From a virus, in the IMG/VR virus record IMGVR_UViG_3300017978_000111, positions 1 to 29,576 of that record: a stretch of DNA of 29,576 nt; one strand, given 5' to 3'. The notes beneath the pieces are model-generated. The model did not search any database. It was not told the origin of the DNA and worked only from the letters and a program-made list of their open reading frames with translations. Positions 1-8,473 of the stretch are shown piece after piece (positions within the stretch are counted from its first letter, which is position 1; each line of letters begins with the position of its first letter). The position numbers and the translations under genes were made by a program.

Positions 1-55
1 AACCGATGAAGAAAGGCAAAATGCAATGAATTATCTTGAACTTTACAAACAGTCA
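1..55. repeat. terminal direct repeat, copy 1 (identical to 29522..29576)
   Basis: All 55 nt (aaccgatgaagaaaggcaaaatgcaatgaattatcttgaactttacaaacagtca) recur exactly at the window end. The ORF starting at 29070 reads through the repeat without interruption. Confidence 0.95.
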
Positions 56-199
56 AAACCAGATAAACAATTCCGTAAAAACCCAGAAACATTTATAAAC
101 AACAAATCTTGGAACGATGAAATCATTAGAACAACACCTAATATTGGTAGAAAACTCACTTACTCTGAACAACAAGCCTCAAACTTATGGAATCTCTAA
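2..199 (+). CDS. C-terminal part of the junction-spanning DUF1376-like replication protein (continues 29070..29576; 2..55 duplicates 29523..29576)
   Basis: The frame of the ORF that runs off the window end continues at 56 (KPDKQFRKNPETFINNKSWNDE...) to TAA at 197..199. The combined product is about 217 aa. Confidence 0.7.
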   Translation, partial: TDEERQNAMNYLELYKQSKPDKQFRKNPETFINNKSWNDEIIRTTPNIGRKLTYSEQQASNLWNL

Positions 200-848
200 A
201 CTTGATTTAGACGAACAAAAGGTTGCAGTTGCTTTAGAAACTATGAGTGTTAGCAGATGCTCACCGATTGAGGTAAAAGAACATTTAAAGACCTGTATTG
301 CTTTAAGCGGATGTCAAACACCTACAATAGAACTATTTCAATTCCTTTGCGAATTTGTTATTAAGAATTATGGAAACTTTAAACTAAAGGAACTTGGAGT
401 AGCTTTTGAACTTTACGCAATGGGGAAATTATCAGTTGACAAAGCGATTATGTTTACCCCTAAATTCTTTGGTGATGTGATGGCAGCTTATAAGCCGATA
501 GCTTTGCAAGTAAGACAAAAAACCTATGTAGAACCGCAACCAATAGAAGTGCCTAAAATTAATGATGATGAAATTATTGAGGCATTGTACGAAAATTGGA
601 ATAAGTCGGCTAAAAGAGGCTGGGAGTTGCTAAATACAATGGCTTTTGATGTACTATGGAAACGAAAGGAACTAAACAAGGAGAATCTAAGTCAAGATAA
701 AGCTCACCAAATAAAGAAAAAGATAATAGCGCATTACAAGGTGATGGCTAAAACACCAAAAGACTTAGAGAAATTAAATAACGAAATTTTTATCAAAAAC
801 GAGTGCAAAAGATATACTTTGTACTTATTTTTACAAAACCAATTATAG
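117..848 (+). CDS. hypothetical protein (243 aa) in the replication module
   Basis: Long ORF from the track with no motif I recognise. The start is uncertain: ATG 117 overlaps the preceding ORF by 83 nt, and an in-frame ATG at 243 is an alternative. Confidence 0.6.
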   Translation: MKSLEQHLILVENSLTLNNKPQTYGISKLDLDEQKVAVALETMSVSRCSPIEVKEHLKTCIALSGCQTPTIELFQFLCEFVIKNYGNFKLKELGVAFELYAMGKLSVDKAIMFTPKFFGDVMAAYKPIALQVRQKTYVEPQPIEVPKINDDEIIEALYENWNKSAKRGWELLNTMAFDVLWKRKELNKENLSQDKAHQIKKKIIAHYKVMAKTPKDLEKLNNEIFIKNECKRYTLYLFLQNQL

Positions 849-910
849 CCACCTCAAGAATTAAATATTTTTAACCAAGATAGTAATTAGGGAACTTGGG
901 GTGGTTTTTT
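849..910 (+). terminator. candidate rho-independent terminator (long-loop hairpin plus T6)
   Basis: ccacctcaag (849..858) pairs with cttggggtgg (895..904): 10 bp including one G-U. T-run at 905..910. The 36-nt loop is unusually large. Confidence 0.45.
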
Positions 911-921
911 AAATTAACAAT

Positions 922-1230
922 ATGTCAATAAATTTTAACAGTACAAGGTGTAACTATTGTGAAAGAATATTTACTGAAAGTAATTATAAAACTAAAGAGC
1001 ATATAATACCATTATCTAAAGGAGGAAATTATCAGCTTGAAAATCTTGTATGGGTATGTAATGAGTGTAATAACTTTAGAGGTAATAAAGATTTACCATA
1101 TTTCTATAATCAAATTGAAGAACTATTGAAAAATAATAGAACTATTAAAATCAAGATATACACTTACAATAGAAATGATTTACAAAATATGTTAAAAAAC
1201 TTGACATACTATAAAAAACACACAATATGA
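922..1230 (+). CDS. HNH endonuclease (McrA-type HNH motif)
   Basis: CNYC...EHIIPLSKGGNYQLENLVWVCNECNNFRGNKD contains paired Cys motifs and the His-Asn-Asn signature of the HNH fold. Confidence 0.8.
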   Translation: MSINFNSTRCNYCERIFTESNYKTKEHIIPLSKGGNYQLENLVWVCNECNNFRGNKDLPYFYNQIEELLKNNRTIKIKIYTYNRNDLQNMLKNLTYYKKHTI

Positions 1231-1346
1231 AACAACTTACATTTATTTACGAACTATTAAAGTTTACACTTATTAGCGTTCCTTTAGCTTGTTGCATTTA
1301 TTTAACGGCACATTTATACTTTGAAATAAAACGATTATTGAGATGA
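1227..1346 (+). CDS. 39-aa hydrophobic micro-protein (not in the ORF track)
   Basis: MKQLTFIYELLKFTLISVPLACCIYLTAHLYFEIKRLLR. ATGA overlap with the upstream stop (1227..1230) and ATGA overlap with the downstream start (1343..1346). It fills the gap exactly. Confidence 0.5.
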   Translation: MKQLTFIYELLKFTLISVPLACCIYLTAHLYFEIKRLLR

Positions 1347-1540
1347 CAGGAATAGACAACAACATTGAGGTTAAATTAATTTATTTAGATACAAAAGAAG
1401 AAATATGGTTTAGGTCAATAGCAAAGGCTATAAGGTTTTTAGGTACTGACTACAAGACCATAATGACCTATATGAACCCAATAAACAAAAAACGCTACAA
1501 GCATAATAACCGATTATGTGTTGTTAGATTGAAAAAGTAA
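1343..1540 (+). CDS. stand-alone NUMOD1/IENR1-like helix-turn-helix protein (65 aa)
   Basis: IWFRSIAKAIRFLGTDYKTIMTYMN resembles the DNA-binding module found at the C-termini of homing endonucleases. No nuclease domain is present. Confidence 0.5.
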   Translation: MTGIDNNIEVKLIYLDTKEEIWFRSIAKAIRFLGTDYKTIMTYMNPINKKRYKHNNRLCVVRLKK

Positions 1541-1543
1541 CCC

Positions 1544-1551
1544 TAATTTTG
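1544..1551 (+). promoter_or_regulatory. TAnnTTTG (Bacteroidota -7 box-like) motif
   Basis: TAATTTTG lies in the 15-nt gap between genes and ends 4 nt before ATG 1556. Confidence 0.25.
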
Positions 1552-1555
1552 CTTT

Positions 1556-1915
1556 ATGCCATTGATACCTTTACCAAAGTTGTTAGAAAAGACCCAAAAG
1601 GTAGTTAATGCGTATATAAGGAAAAGAGATGAAGGATTGCCTTGTATTAGTTGCGGAAGCTACAATGGTAATCAAGCTGGGCATTATTTTCCAGTTAAAG
1701 GTTATTCGGCTTTAAGGTTTAACGAATGGAATATCCATTTGCAATGTGCTGGATGCAATATGTTCAAACACGGCAACCAAGCAATGTACCGAATAGGCTT
1801 AGTAGAAAGGATTGGTGAAAAAGCGGTTAAAGAATTGGAGTTTGAGGCGGTTAACAATAGGCTAAAGAAATGGCAAAGAAGCGAATTAGAAGAAATAATA
1901 GAAAAATATAAATGA
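1556..1915 (+). CDS. ninG: NinG/Rap-like recombination protein
   Basis: PCISCGS...QAGHYFPVKGYSALRFNEWNIHLQCAGCNMFKHGNQAMY matches the lambda NinG family pattern (Cys clusters, GH, LRF, CxxCN). Confidence 0.7.
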   Translation: MPLIPLPKLLEKTQKVVNAYIRKRDEGLPCISCGSYNGNQAGHYFPVKGYSALRFNEWNIHLQCAGCNMFKHGNQAMYRIGLVERIGEKAVKELEFEAVNNRLKKWQRSELEEIIEKYK

Positions 1916-2088
1916 CCTTAGAATCAAACATATTTGAAACGTGCAAAGAGCAAGAAATAGCAGGTTATCCTTGCTATGTTTTTGAGATTGATGGTACTAC
2001 GCACTATGTATTTGGCGAAACACAGGAACAAAGATTTGATTTTATGGCAGATTTAATAAATAAATATGGCGAAAGTAAGCAGCAATAA
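1912..2088 (+). CDS. hypothetical small protein (58 aa, not in the track)
   Basis: ATGA overlap with the ninG stop (1912..1915). MTLESNIFETCKEQEIAGYPCYVFEIDGTTHYVFGETQEQRFDFMADLINKYGESKQQ, ending at TAA 2086..2088. Confidence 0.5.
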   Translation: MTLESNIFETCKEQEIAGYPCYVFEIDGTTHYVFGETQEQRFDFMADLINKYGESKQQ

Positions 2089-2185
2089 CAAAGTCAGCTT
2101 TGGCAAAAGAAAGTGTGGCAAGTACAAAAAGACATCTGGTCCAAAGGATAAACCGGTTAAGCCATATCGTAAACAAGGGCGATGA
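2066..2185 (+). CDS. 39-aa highly basic micro-protein (not in the track)
   Basis: MAKVSSNNKVSFGKRKCGKYKKTSGPKDKPVKPYRKQGR. It ends in an ATGA overlap with the start at 2182 and overlaps the previous ORF by 23 nt. Confidence 0.4.
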   Translation: MAKVSSNNKVSFGKRKCGKYKKTSGPKDKPVKPYRKQGR

Positions 2186-2376
2186 AAAATACTTTAAGTA
2201 AAAGAATATACACCTGTAAGTGCAAATCCATAGTTGAAGGATATGCTTGGGAAAACGAGCTAACTACGATTCAATTTAAGTGCAATAAGTGTGGTAATTT
2301 TGTAGGCTTTGAGCAAATCAAAAAGAAGCCAATTATACAAATGCCATCAATACGAACACAAACAAAAAACAGATAA
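2182..2376 (+). CDS. zinc-ribbon small protein (64 aa)
   Basis: CKCK...CNKCGN four-Cys arrangement. TAATG overlap with the next gene. Confidence 0.55.
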   Translation: MKNTLSKRIYTCKCKSIVEGYAWENELTTIQFKCNKCGNFVGFEQIKKKPIIQMPSIRTQTKNR

Positions 2377-3536
2377 TGAACATCAACGAAATCAAACCTA
2401 ACCCCAACAATCCAAGAATCATCAAGGATGACAAGTTTAAGAAGCTGGTTAAGTCAATCCAAGACTTTCCTCAAATGCTTGAACTTAGACCTATTGTAAT
2501 AGATGAAAACAATATTGTTTTAGGTGGCAATATGAGGCTAAAGGCTTGTATTGAAGCTGGGTTAAAAGATGTACCTGTAAAACAAGCTAAAGAACTAACC
2601 GAAGAACAAAAGAAGGAATTTATAGTAAAGGATAACTTAGGATATGGTGAATGGGATTGGGATGACTTAGCAAACAATTGGGATGAACAATTACTTACCG
2701 AATGGGGTTTAGATATACCAAACTTTGATGCAACTGTATTAGAGGCAGAAGAAGATGACTTTGCCGTTCCAGATGGCGGAAGCGAAACGGATATTGTCTT
2801 AGGCGATTTATTTGAGATAGGCGAACACAGATTACTTTGTGGGGATAGTACAGATAGCGACCAAGTGGCAAAGCTAATGAATGGACAAAAGGCTGATATG
2901 GTATTTACTGACCCACCTTATAAAATAGAAACTGAAGGAGGATGTAAGGGTAGTATTGGTCAAGGATTAAAAAAGCAAGGGAAAGACATAGAATTTATAG
3001 CAAACTTTGAACCAACTGAATTTTTACAAGTATTGCCATTGATATTTGATAAAAATAAATTAAACGCATACATATTTTGCAACAAGGAATTATTACCAGA
3101 TTATTTAGTATGGGCAAGAGATAGTGGTTATTCATTTAATGTTCTAATATGGAAAAAGCCAAATGCCATTCCAATTGGGGATTCACATAGACCAGATATA
3201 GAATATTTACTTCTATTTAGAAAGTCTGCTATATGGAATAATGGATTAAAGGATGTAAACTATTCAAGATGTTTGGAGTTTGGTAGAGAAACAGGATTGC
3301 ATCCAACAATGAAACCAATAGAATTAATTGCAAATGAAATGAAGATTAGTTCAAACGAAAATAGTTTAGTATTTGATTTCTTCTTAGGTTCTGGTTCAAC
3401 AATGGTAGCTTCGCATCAACTTAAACGCAAATGCTATGGTATGGAATTAGACCCAAAATACTGCCAAGTAATTGTAGACAGGATGAAAAAACTTGACCCA
3501 ACCTTGATAATCAAGAAGAATGGGGTAGCTTTGTAA
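2376..3536 (+). CDS. ParB-like nuclease domain fused to a beta-class N6A/N4C DNA methyltransferase
   Basis: N-terminus IKPNPNNPRII...LGGNMRLKA (ParB N-terminal domain). C-terminus has the catalytic VFTDPPY motif followed later by FDFFLGSGST (AdoMet motif I). This order is typical of beta-class enzymes. Confidence 0.85.
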   Translation: MNINEIKPNPNNPRIIKDDKFKKLVKSIQDFPQMLELRPIVIDENNIVLGGNMRLKACIEAGLKDVPVKQAKELTEEQKKEFIVKDNLGYGEWDWDDLANNWDEQLLTEWGLDIPNFDATVLEAEEDDFAVPDGGSETDIVLGDLFEIGEHRLLCGDSTDSDQVAKLMNGQKADMVFTDPPYKIETEGGCKGSIGQGLKKQGKDIEFIANFEPTEFLQVLPLIFDKNKLNAYIFCNKELLPDYLVWARDSGYSFNVLIWKKPNAIPIGDSHRPDIEYLLLFRKSAIWNNGLKDVNYSRCLEFGRETGLHPTMKPIELIANEMKISSNENSLVFDFFLGSGSTMVASHQLKRKCYGMELDPKYCQVIVDRMKKLDPTLIIKKNGVAL

Positions 3537-3559
3537 AATAGTGAAACAAATGTGAAATT

Positions 3560-3907
3560 ATGGCAAATGAACAGAATTTAACCCCATTTAAGAAAGGACA
3601 AGTAGCAAACCCTAATGGTCGACCAAAAGGTGTGCCTAATAGCAAGACAAGACTATTACGTTTATTGGAGTTGGTTACTAAGGTACGCAACCCAGTAACA
3701 GGCGAAGATGAGGAATTTACAATAGCCGAGCAGTTAGATATGCAAATCATAGCAAAGGCAAGAAAGGGCGATTTAAAGGCTTACGAAATACTATTAGACC
3801 GATTAGAAGGCAGACCTAAACAAACAACCGACATCACCGCAGACATAAAGGGTAATGTGCAAATCACAATAGAACCAGATGCAGATTGTCAACCAATTAA
3901 AGATTAA
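3560..3907 (+). CDS. putative terminase small subunit
   Basis: It sits directly upstream of TerL and overlaps it. Basic N-terminus NLTPFKKGQVANPNGRPKG is common in small-terminase-like proteins. Confidence 0.55.
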   Translation: MANEQNLTPFKKGQVANPNGRPKGVPNSKTRLLRLLELVTKVRNPVTGEDEEFTIAEQLDMQIIAKARKGDLKAYEILLDRLEGRPKQTTDITADIKGNVQITIEPDADCQPIKD

Positions 3908-5045
3908 GGCTACTCCAGTCTTTTATGCCAATAAAAAGGCATACGAGGATGGGTATCCGATAATATGCAATGAAGGTGGGTCAAGGTCAAGCAAAAGTTA
4001 TTCCGTTGTTCAGTTGCTAATCCACATAGCTTTAACCAACCCTAATACAAGAATTTCGTGCGTATCACATTCCTTACCACATATTAAGCGAGGTGTTTAT
4101 AGGGATTTCAAAAACATATTGGAGCAATGGAACATTTGGGATGAAAAGGATTTTAGGTACACGGATTTTATTTATACGTTTAAGAACGGCTCATACATTG
4201 AGTTATTTGGATTAGAAGACCCAGATAAAGCAAAAGGACCAGCAAGGGATATACTATTCGTAAATGAGGCAAACCTAATTAGTAAGGCTTTATTTGACCA
4301 GCTTTTAATTCGTACAACAGGACAAGCATTCTTAGACTGGAATCCAGCCGACTTTATTTCTTGGGTATATGAGGTAGCAGATAACCCAAATAACAAGCGC
4401 ATCCATTCTACCTACCTAAACAATATCTCAAACCTTAGTGAAAGCCAAATAAAAAACATTGAGCAATACAAGGACTTACCGGATGACTTTATGTGGAAGG
4501 TTTACGGATTAGGTGAACGAGGGTCAGCAAAGGAAATTATTTATACTCAATGGAAGCAATATGACCAAGCACCAAATGGGGATGTGTTTTACGGATTAGA
4601 CTTTGGTTATGTTCACCCAGCTGCTTTAGTTAAGGTTACGCACTATGAAGGACAAAACTACTTTGAGGAAATAGTTTACCAAAGCGGACTGACTTTAAGC
4701 GACCTATCAAGACTGATTAAAGAAAAGCTACCAGAACGAGCTACAATCTATGCCGATGCAGCCGAGCCTAAGTCTATTGAGGAACTTTACCGACAAGGAT
4801 TTAATATCAAACCAGCGCAAAAGGATGTATGGGCAGGAATAGTTAAAATGAAATCTTATCCAATAAACTTGCACTACAATAGCAAAAACCTAAGAAGGGA
4901 GTTTATGTCTTACAAATGGAAAAAGGATAAAAACGATAACGTAATTGAAGAACCTGTAAAGGCAAATGATGACTTGATGGATGCTTGTAGGTATGCCGTG
5001 TTTACACATTTAACCAAGCCTAAATTTGAGGTGTCGGTATTTTAG
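3879..5045 (+). CDS. terL: terminase large subunit (PBSX-like family)
   Basis: Walker-A-like CNEGGSRSSKSYS, FVNEAN Walker-B-like segment, and a C-terminal nuclease-like region (DDLMDACRYA). Size and position fit. Confidence 0.85.
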   Translation: MQIVNQLKIKATPVFYANKKAYEDGYPIICNEGGSRSSKSYSVVQLLIHIALTNPNTRISCVSHSLPHIKRGVYRDFKNILEQWNIWDEKDFRYTDFIYTFKNGSYIELFGLEDPDKAKGPARDILFVNEANLISKALFDQLLIRTTGQAFLDWNPADFISWVYEVADNPNNKRIHSTYLNNISNLSESQIKNIEQYKDLPDDFMWKVYGLGERGSAKEIIYTQWKQYDQAPNGDVFYGLDFGYVHPAALVKVTHYEGQNYFEEIVYQSGLTLSDLSRLIKEKLPERATIYADAAEPKSIEELYRQGFNIKPAQKDVWAGIVKMKSYPINLHYNSKNLRREFMSYKWKKDKNDNVIEEPVKANDDLMDACRYAVFTHLTKPKFEVSVF

Positions 5046-5056
5046 GATAAATTGTC

Positions 5057-5064
5057 TAACTTTG
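5057..5064 (+). promoter_or_regulatory. TAnnTTTG motif
   Basis: TAACTTTG in the TerL-portal gap, 16 nt before ATG 5081. Confidence 0.25.
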
Positions 5065-5080
5065 TTAAAATTCATATATA

Positions 5081-6460
5081 ATGGGATTACTTGACTTTTT
5101 TACTAAAAGACAAAAACTATCAACTGTACTACCACAAATTCCTTTTAACGGACAAGTAGCAATACAACAAGGGATAATTACTTGGCAAGGTGGCGATAAC
5201 ATTAGTTTCGTAAATGATGGTTATTCAGCAAATGATATAGTTTATTCAATCGTGAAATTAATTGCGGATAAAGCAAAACTTGCTCCATTCCACGTTTACA
5301 AAGTAGTGGATGAAACTTCTGCAAAGAAATACAAGGCTTTAATGAGCCAACCAGATAAGATTGAGAACTGGAAGGATGTTGAAAAGCTACATAAGAAAGC
5401 ATTTGAAATATATACAGGTGATGCAAGATTAAACGAGTTATTAAAATATCCTAACGAGGAAGATACATTTGGCGATTTCGTTGAGGCTTGGTGTACTTTT
5501 AAATTAGTTACAGGTAATTCTTTTGTTTACGCAAAGATGATTGAAGGTGGTAATAACAATGGTAAGCCGTATGAAATGTACGTTTTGCCTTCGCAGTATA
5601 TGTATGTCTTAGCGGACATTCAAAACTTCCCTCCAACGATTAGCGGTTATCAATTAAATTATGGTCCACTTTGGAACTTTACTAAACAAGAGGTACTACA
5701 AGATAAATACATAAACTTACAATGGAATACAACTGGGAATCAACTATATGGTCAATCACCATTGATGGCTGCTGCGAAAAACTTGACTCGTTCAAACGAA
5801 GCCAAGACTGCGGCGGTTGCATCTTTCCAGAATGGTGGTCCAGCTGGAGTTTTATTTATGAATGATGATAGGTTTGACCCTATAAGTGGAACACAACAAG
5901 CACAAGCACTTAAAAGAGCGGTAAGCGAAAAAGGTGGCTCTGCTAACTTTAATTCAATTGCGGTTAGTGGTTATAAAGTTGACTGGAAACAAATTGGATT
6001 GAGTCCTGTTGAATTAGACATCATTGAAAGTGAAAAGTGGGATATGAAAGCACTTTGTAACATTTACGGAGTACCATCTCAATTGTTAAACGATGCTGAC
6101 AATAAGACTTACAACAACCAAAGGGAAGGTGAGAAAGCATTGACAGTTCGTTGTGCGATTCCTTTGTTGGTTGGTATTAGAGATAACTTAAATAGAAAAT
6201 TACATAGTGATTGGGGATATCGTGGAACTGACATTTATGTTGACTTTGACCCAACTGTTTATGGCGAATTAGAAGCTAACAAAGCAGAGCAAGTTGAATG
6301 GTTAGATAAGGCTTGGTGGATTGCACCAAAGCAAAAGATGGATATTATGGGATTAGAGATTCCACCTTACATAGACCAAGCTGAAATGGAAAAATTATAC
6401 ATTCCTTCAAGTTTACAAAGTCCAGATGAATTTCAACCATTAACGCTACCAAATGAATAG
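5081..6460 (+). CDS. portal protein (HK97-like family)
   Basis: 459 aa, immediately after TerL. Sequence is typical of phage portals (..GNSFVYA.., ..YGVPSQLLN..). Confidence 0.8.
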   Translation: MGLLDFFTKRQKLSTVLPQIPFNGQVAIQQGIITWQGGDNISFVNDGYSANDIVYSIVKLIADKAKLAPFHVYKVVDETSAKKYKALMSQPDKIENWKDVEKLHKKAFEIYTGDARLNELLKYPNEEDTFGDFVEAWCTFKLVTGNSFVYAKMIEGGNNNGKPYEMYVLPSQYMYVLADIQNFPPTISGYQLNYGPLWNFTKQEVLQDKYINLQWNTTGNQLYGQSPLMAAAKNLTRSNEAKTAAVASFQNGGPAGVLFMNDDRFDPISGTQQAQALKRAVSEKGGSANFNSIAVSGYKVDWKQIGLSPVELDIIESEKWDMKALCNIYGVPSQLLNDADNKTYNNQREGEKALTVRCAIPLLVGIRDNLNRKLHSDWGYRGTDIYVDFDPTVYGELEANKAEQVEWLDKAWWIAPKQKMDIMGLEIPPYIDQAEMEKLYIPSSLQSPDEFQPLTLPNE

Positions 6461-6827
6461 CCAAGAGATTATTGATAAGTTATTTGATTTAAAGGTTGAC
6501 CTAAAAGCCGACCTTCAAGAGGTTATTGATGAAGTTTACGCAAAGTATCACGAAACAGTAAATATGTCTTACTCGGAGTTAAAGGCTTGGAGTGAAACTA
6601 AATGCTCACGTTTAGCTTCATTAGACAGGAGTCCAGTAAATAGGAACTTAAATTTATTGAGCAAGAAAAAAGCGGATTGGGGTGCAAATGAAGTTAAGTC
6701 GGCAAATAGAACGATTAGCTTTGTTAGTAGAATGAAAAATATGGAGCAAGGTAAACCTGTAAACAAAGAGTGTCCATCTAAAAGGGATATTTCCTTAAAG
6801 AACTGGGCATACAATCCGAACAAATGA
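6453..6827 (+). CDS. DUF3140-like protein
   Basis: VNMSYSELKAWSETKCS...LLSKKKADW...ISFVSRM...SLKNWAYNP follows the DUF3140 pattern as I remember it. Confidence 0.5.
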   Translation: MNSQEIIDKLFDLKVDLKADLQEVIDEVYAKYHETVNMSYSELKAWSETKCSRLASLDRSPVNRNLNLLSKKKADWGANEVKSANRTISFVSRMKNMEQGKPVNKECPSKRDISLKNWAYNPNK

Positions 6828-7705
6828 TTTGGCAAGATTATAGAAAACTATATGCAAACGCAATAAAAACCTATTCGCCTAAGTTCAAGAAAGAACTACA
6901 AAGGCAAGTAGATACTTATTGCGATACCCAAGATTTAAACGCTATAAGCGATAAGAAGATAAAAAAGACCATCCAAAACGTTCATATTGCAATGGGCGTT
7001 AAGATGGCACAAATTGCCGAGAAAAACGTTTCTAAATCGGTTAAAGGTTATTACGGACCAGAGGAATTTAAAAGTAAGCAAACTGACTTGTTTACTTATG
7101 TGATGTTGACTTATCTTGAATTAAAAGGATTAGATAATATAGCTGCTGAAATAACACAAACAACAAAGAACCAAATTCAACAATACTTAATCAAGTCGGT
7201 TGAAGAAGGTTTGACAATGCAAGAAACAATCAAGCTATTAAGAACGGCTGGTATAACGGACTACCGAGCCGAAATGATAGCAAGAACGGAAACAGGTAGA
7301 GCAGCGAACATTGGTTCTATGGTAGGCACGGCTGCAACTGGACTTGTAACTATGAAGGAATGGATAGCAGCGAGGGATAACCGAACAAGGCGAGTGCCAC
7401 GAGATATGTTTGACCATTTTCATATGGATGGAATAAAAGTACCTTATGATGAAAAATTTAATGTTAAAACTAAGAATGGCGGTTTTGAGCAAATGTTACA
7501 TCCTTGCGACCCAAGCGGAAGTGCTGGTGATGTTATCAACTGCCGTTGTACGTTAGGTTATGAAGCCGTAAGAGGAACAGATGGTAAGCCAAAAAGGTTA
7601 CAGGATAACCCACCTATGGGCGATATGGGGTTAGTATGGAATTTAATAAATAACGTGGCTTTGATGCAAATTTCTAACTTAATAAGAGATTTGTTAGCAG
7701 ATTAA
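6824..7705 (+). CDS. head morphogenesis / minor capsid protein (SPP1 gp7 / Mu F-like)
   Basis: ARTETGRAANIG, WIAARDNRTRRVPRDMFDHFHMDG and INCRCTL are hallmark gp7/MuF motifs. ATGA overlap with the upstream gene. Confidence 0.8.
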   Translation: MIWQDYRKLYANAIKTYSPKFKKELQRQVDTYCDTQDLNAISDKKIKKTIQNVHIAMGVKMAQIAEKNVSKSVKGYYGPEEFKSKQTDLFTYVMLTYLELKGLDNIAAEITQTTKNQIQQYLIKSVEEGLTMQETIKLLRTAGITDYRAEMIARTETGRAANIGSMVGTAATGLVTMKEWIAARDNRTRRVPRDMFDHFHMDGIKVPYDEKFNVKTKNGGFEQMLHPCDPSGSAGDVINCRCTLGYEAVRGTDGKPKRLQDNPPMGDMGLVWNLINNVALMQISNLIRDLLAD

Positions 7706-7715
7706 AAAAAATTAA

Positions 7716-7723
7716 TAACTTTG
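7716..7723 (+). promoter_or_regulatory. TAnnTTTG motif
   Basis: TAACTTTG ends 4 nt before ATG 7728. A TTTG lies 22 nt upstream (7690..7693). Confidence 0.3.
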
Positions 7724-7727
7724 TTAT

Positions 7728-8471
7728 ATGAGTAAGATTGAAAACAAAAGCTACAATGATATGATTTTGGATATAGAGCCAGAATCAAGAACAGTAAAAG
7801 CGTGTTGGTCAAGAATTGGGAACGTTGATTTGGATAACGATATTATCGTTGCCGAAGCGTTTACCAAGACTATCAAAGAACGTGGACCAAAGGGCAAGAA
7901 TATGATTTGGTCTTTAGTAGACCACAAAGCTGATATGGCACACACTTTGGGTAAGCCTAAAGAGTTATACATAGAAGGCGATATGCTTGTTGCGGTTACT
8001 GACTTAATAGAAACTGAATGTGGCGAAGATGCAATCAAGTTGTATGAAGCTGGTTTAATCAATCAACACTCAATCGGTTTTAGTACGTTAAAGTCGGATG
8101 TAAACCAAAAGACTGGTGTGCGTACAATTACTGAATTAAAACTATATGAAGGTTCTGCGGTTCTTTGGGGTGCTAATCCAGAAACACCAACATTGGGTTT
8201 CAAGGGTGAGTTCAAAGAAACTAAAGAAAATTTATCAATAAGATTAGAAAACTTAATTAAGGCATTTAGAGGTGGTACATTCACAGATGACACCTTTGCT
8301 TTAATGGAGATTCAAATAAAACAAATACAAGCCGAGTTATTGGCTTTGGAAATTACTGAAACAATCACTCAACCCGCAGAAGCAGTTGAGCCGACACCAG
8401 TGGTAGAAGAAAAGAATAATGAGGAAGTATTAAAGGCAATTAAGCAATTTAACAATCTATTTAAAAAGTAA
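7728..8471 (+). CDS. HK97-family prohead protease
   Basis: LVDHK, NQHSIGF and YEGSAVLWGANPET match the prohead protease (S78-like) pattern. It lies directly upstream of the capsid gene. Confidence 0.8.
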   Translation: MSKIENKSYNDMILDIEPESRTVKACWSRIGNVDLDNDIIVAEAFTKTIKERGPKGKNMIWSLVDHKADMAHTLGKPKELYIEGDMLVAVTDLIETECGEDAIKLYEAGLINQHSIGFSTLKSDVNQKTGVRTITELKLYEGSAVLWGANPETPTLGFKGEFKETKENLSIRLENLIKAFRGGTFTDDTFALMEIQIKQIQAELLALEITETITQPAEAVEPTPVVEEKNNEEVLKAIKQFNNLFKK

Positions 8472-8473
8472 AA

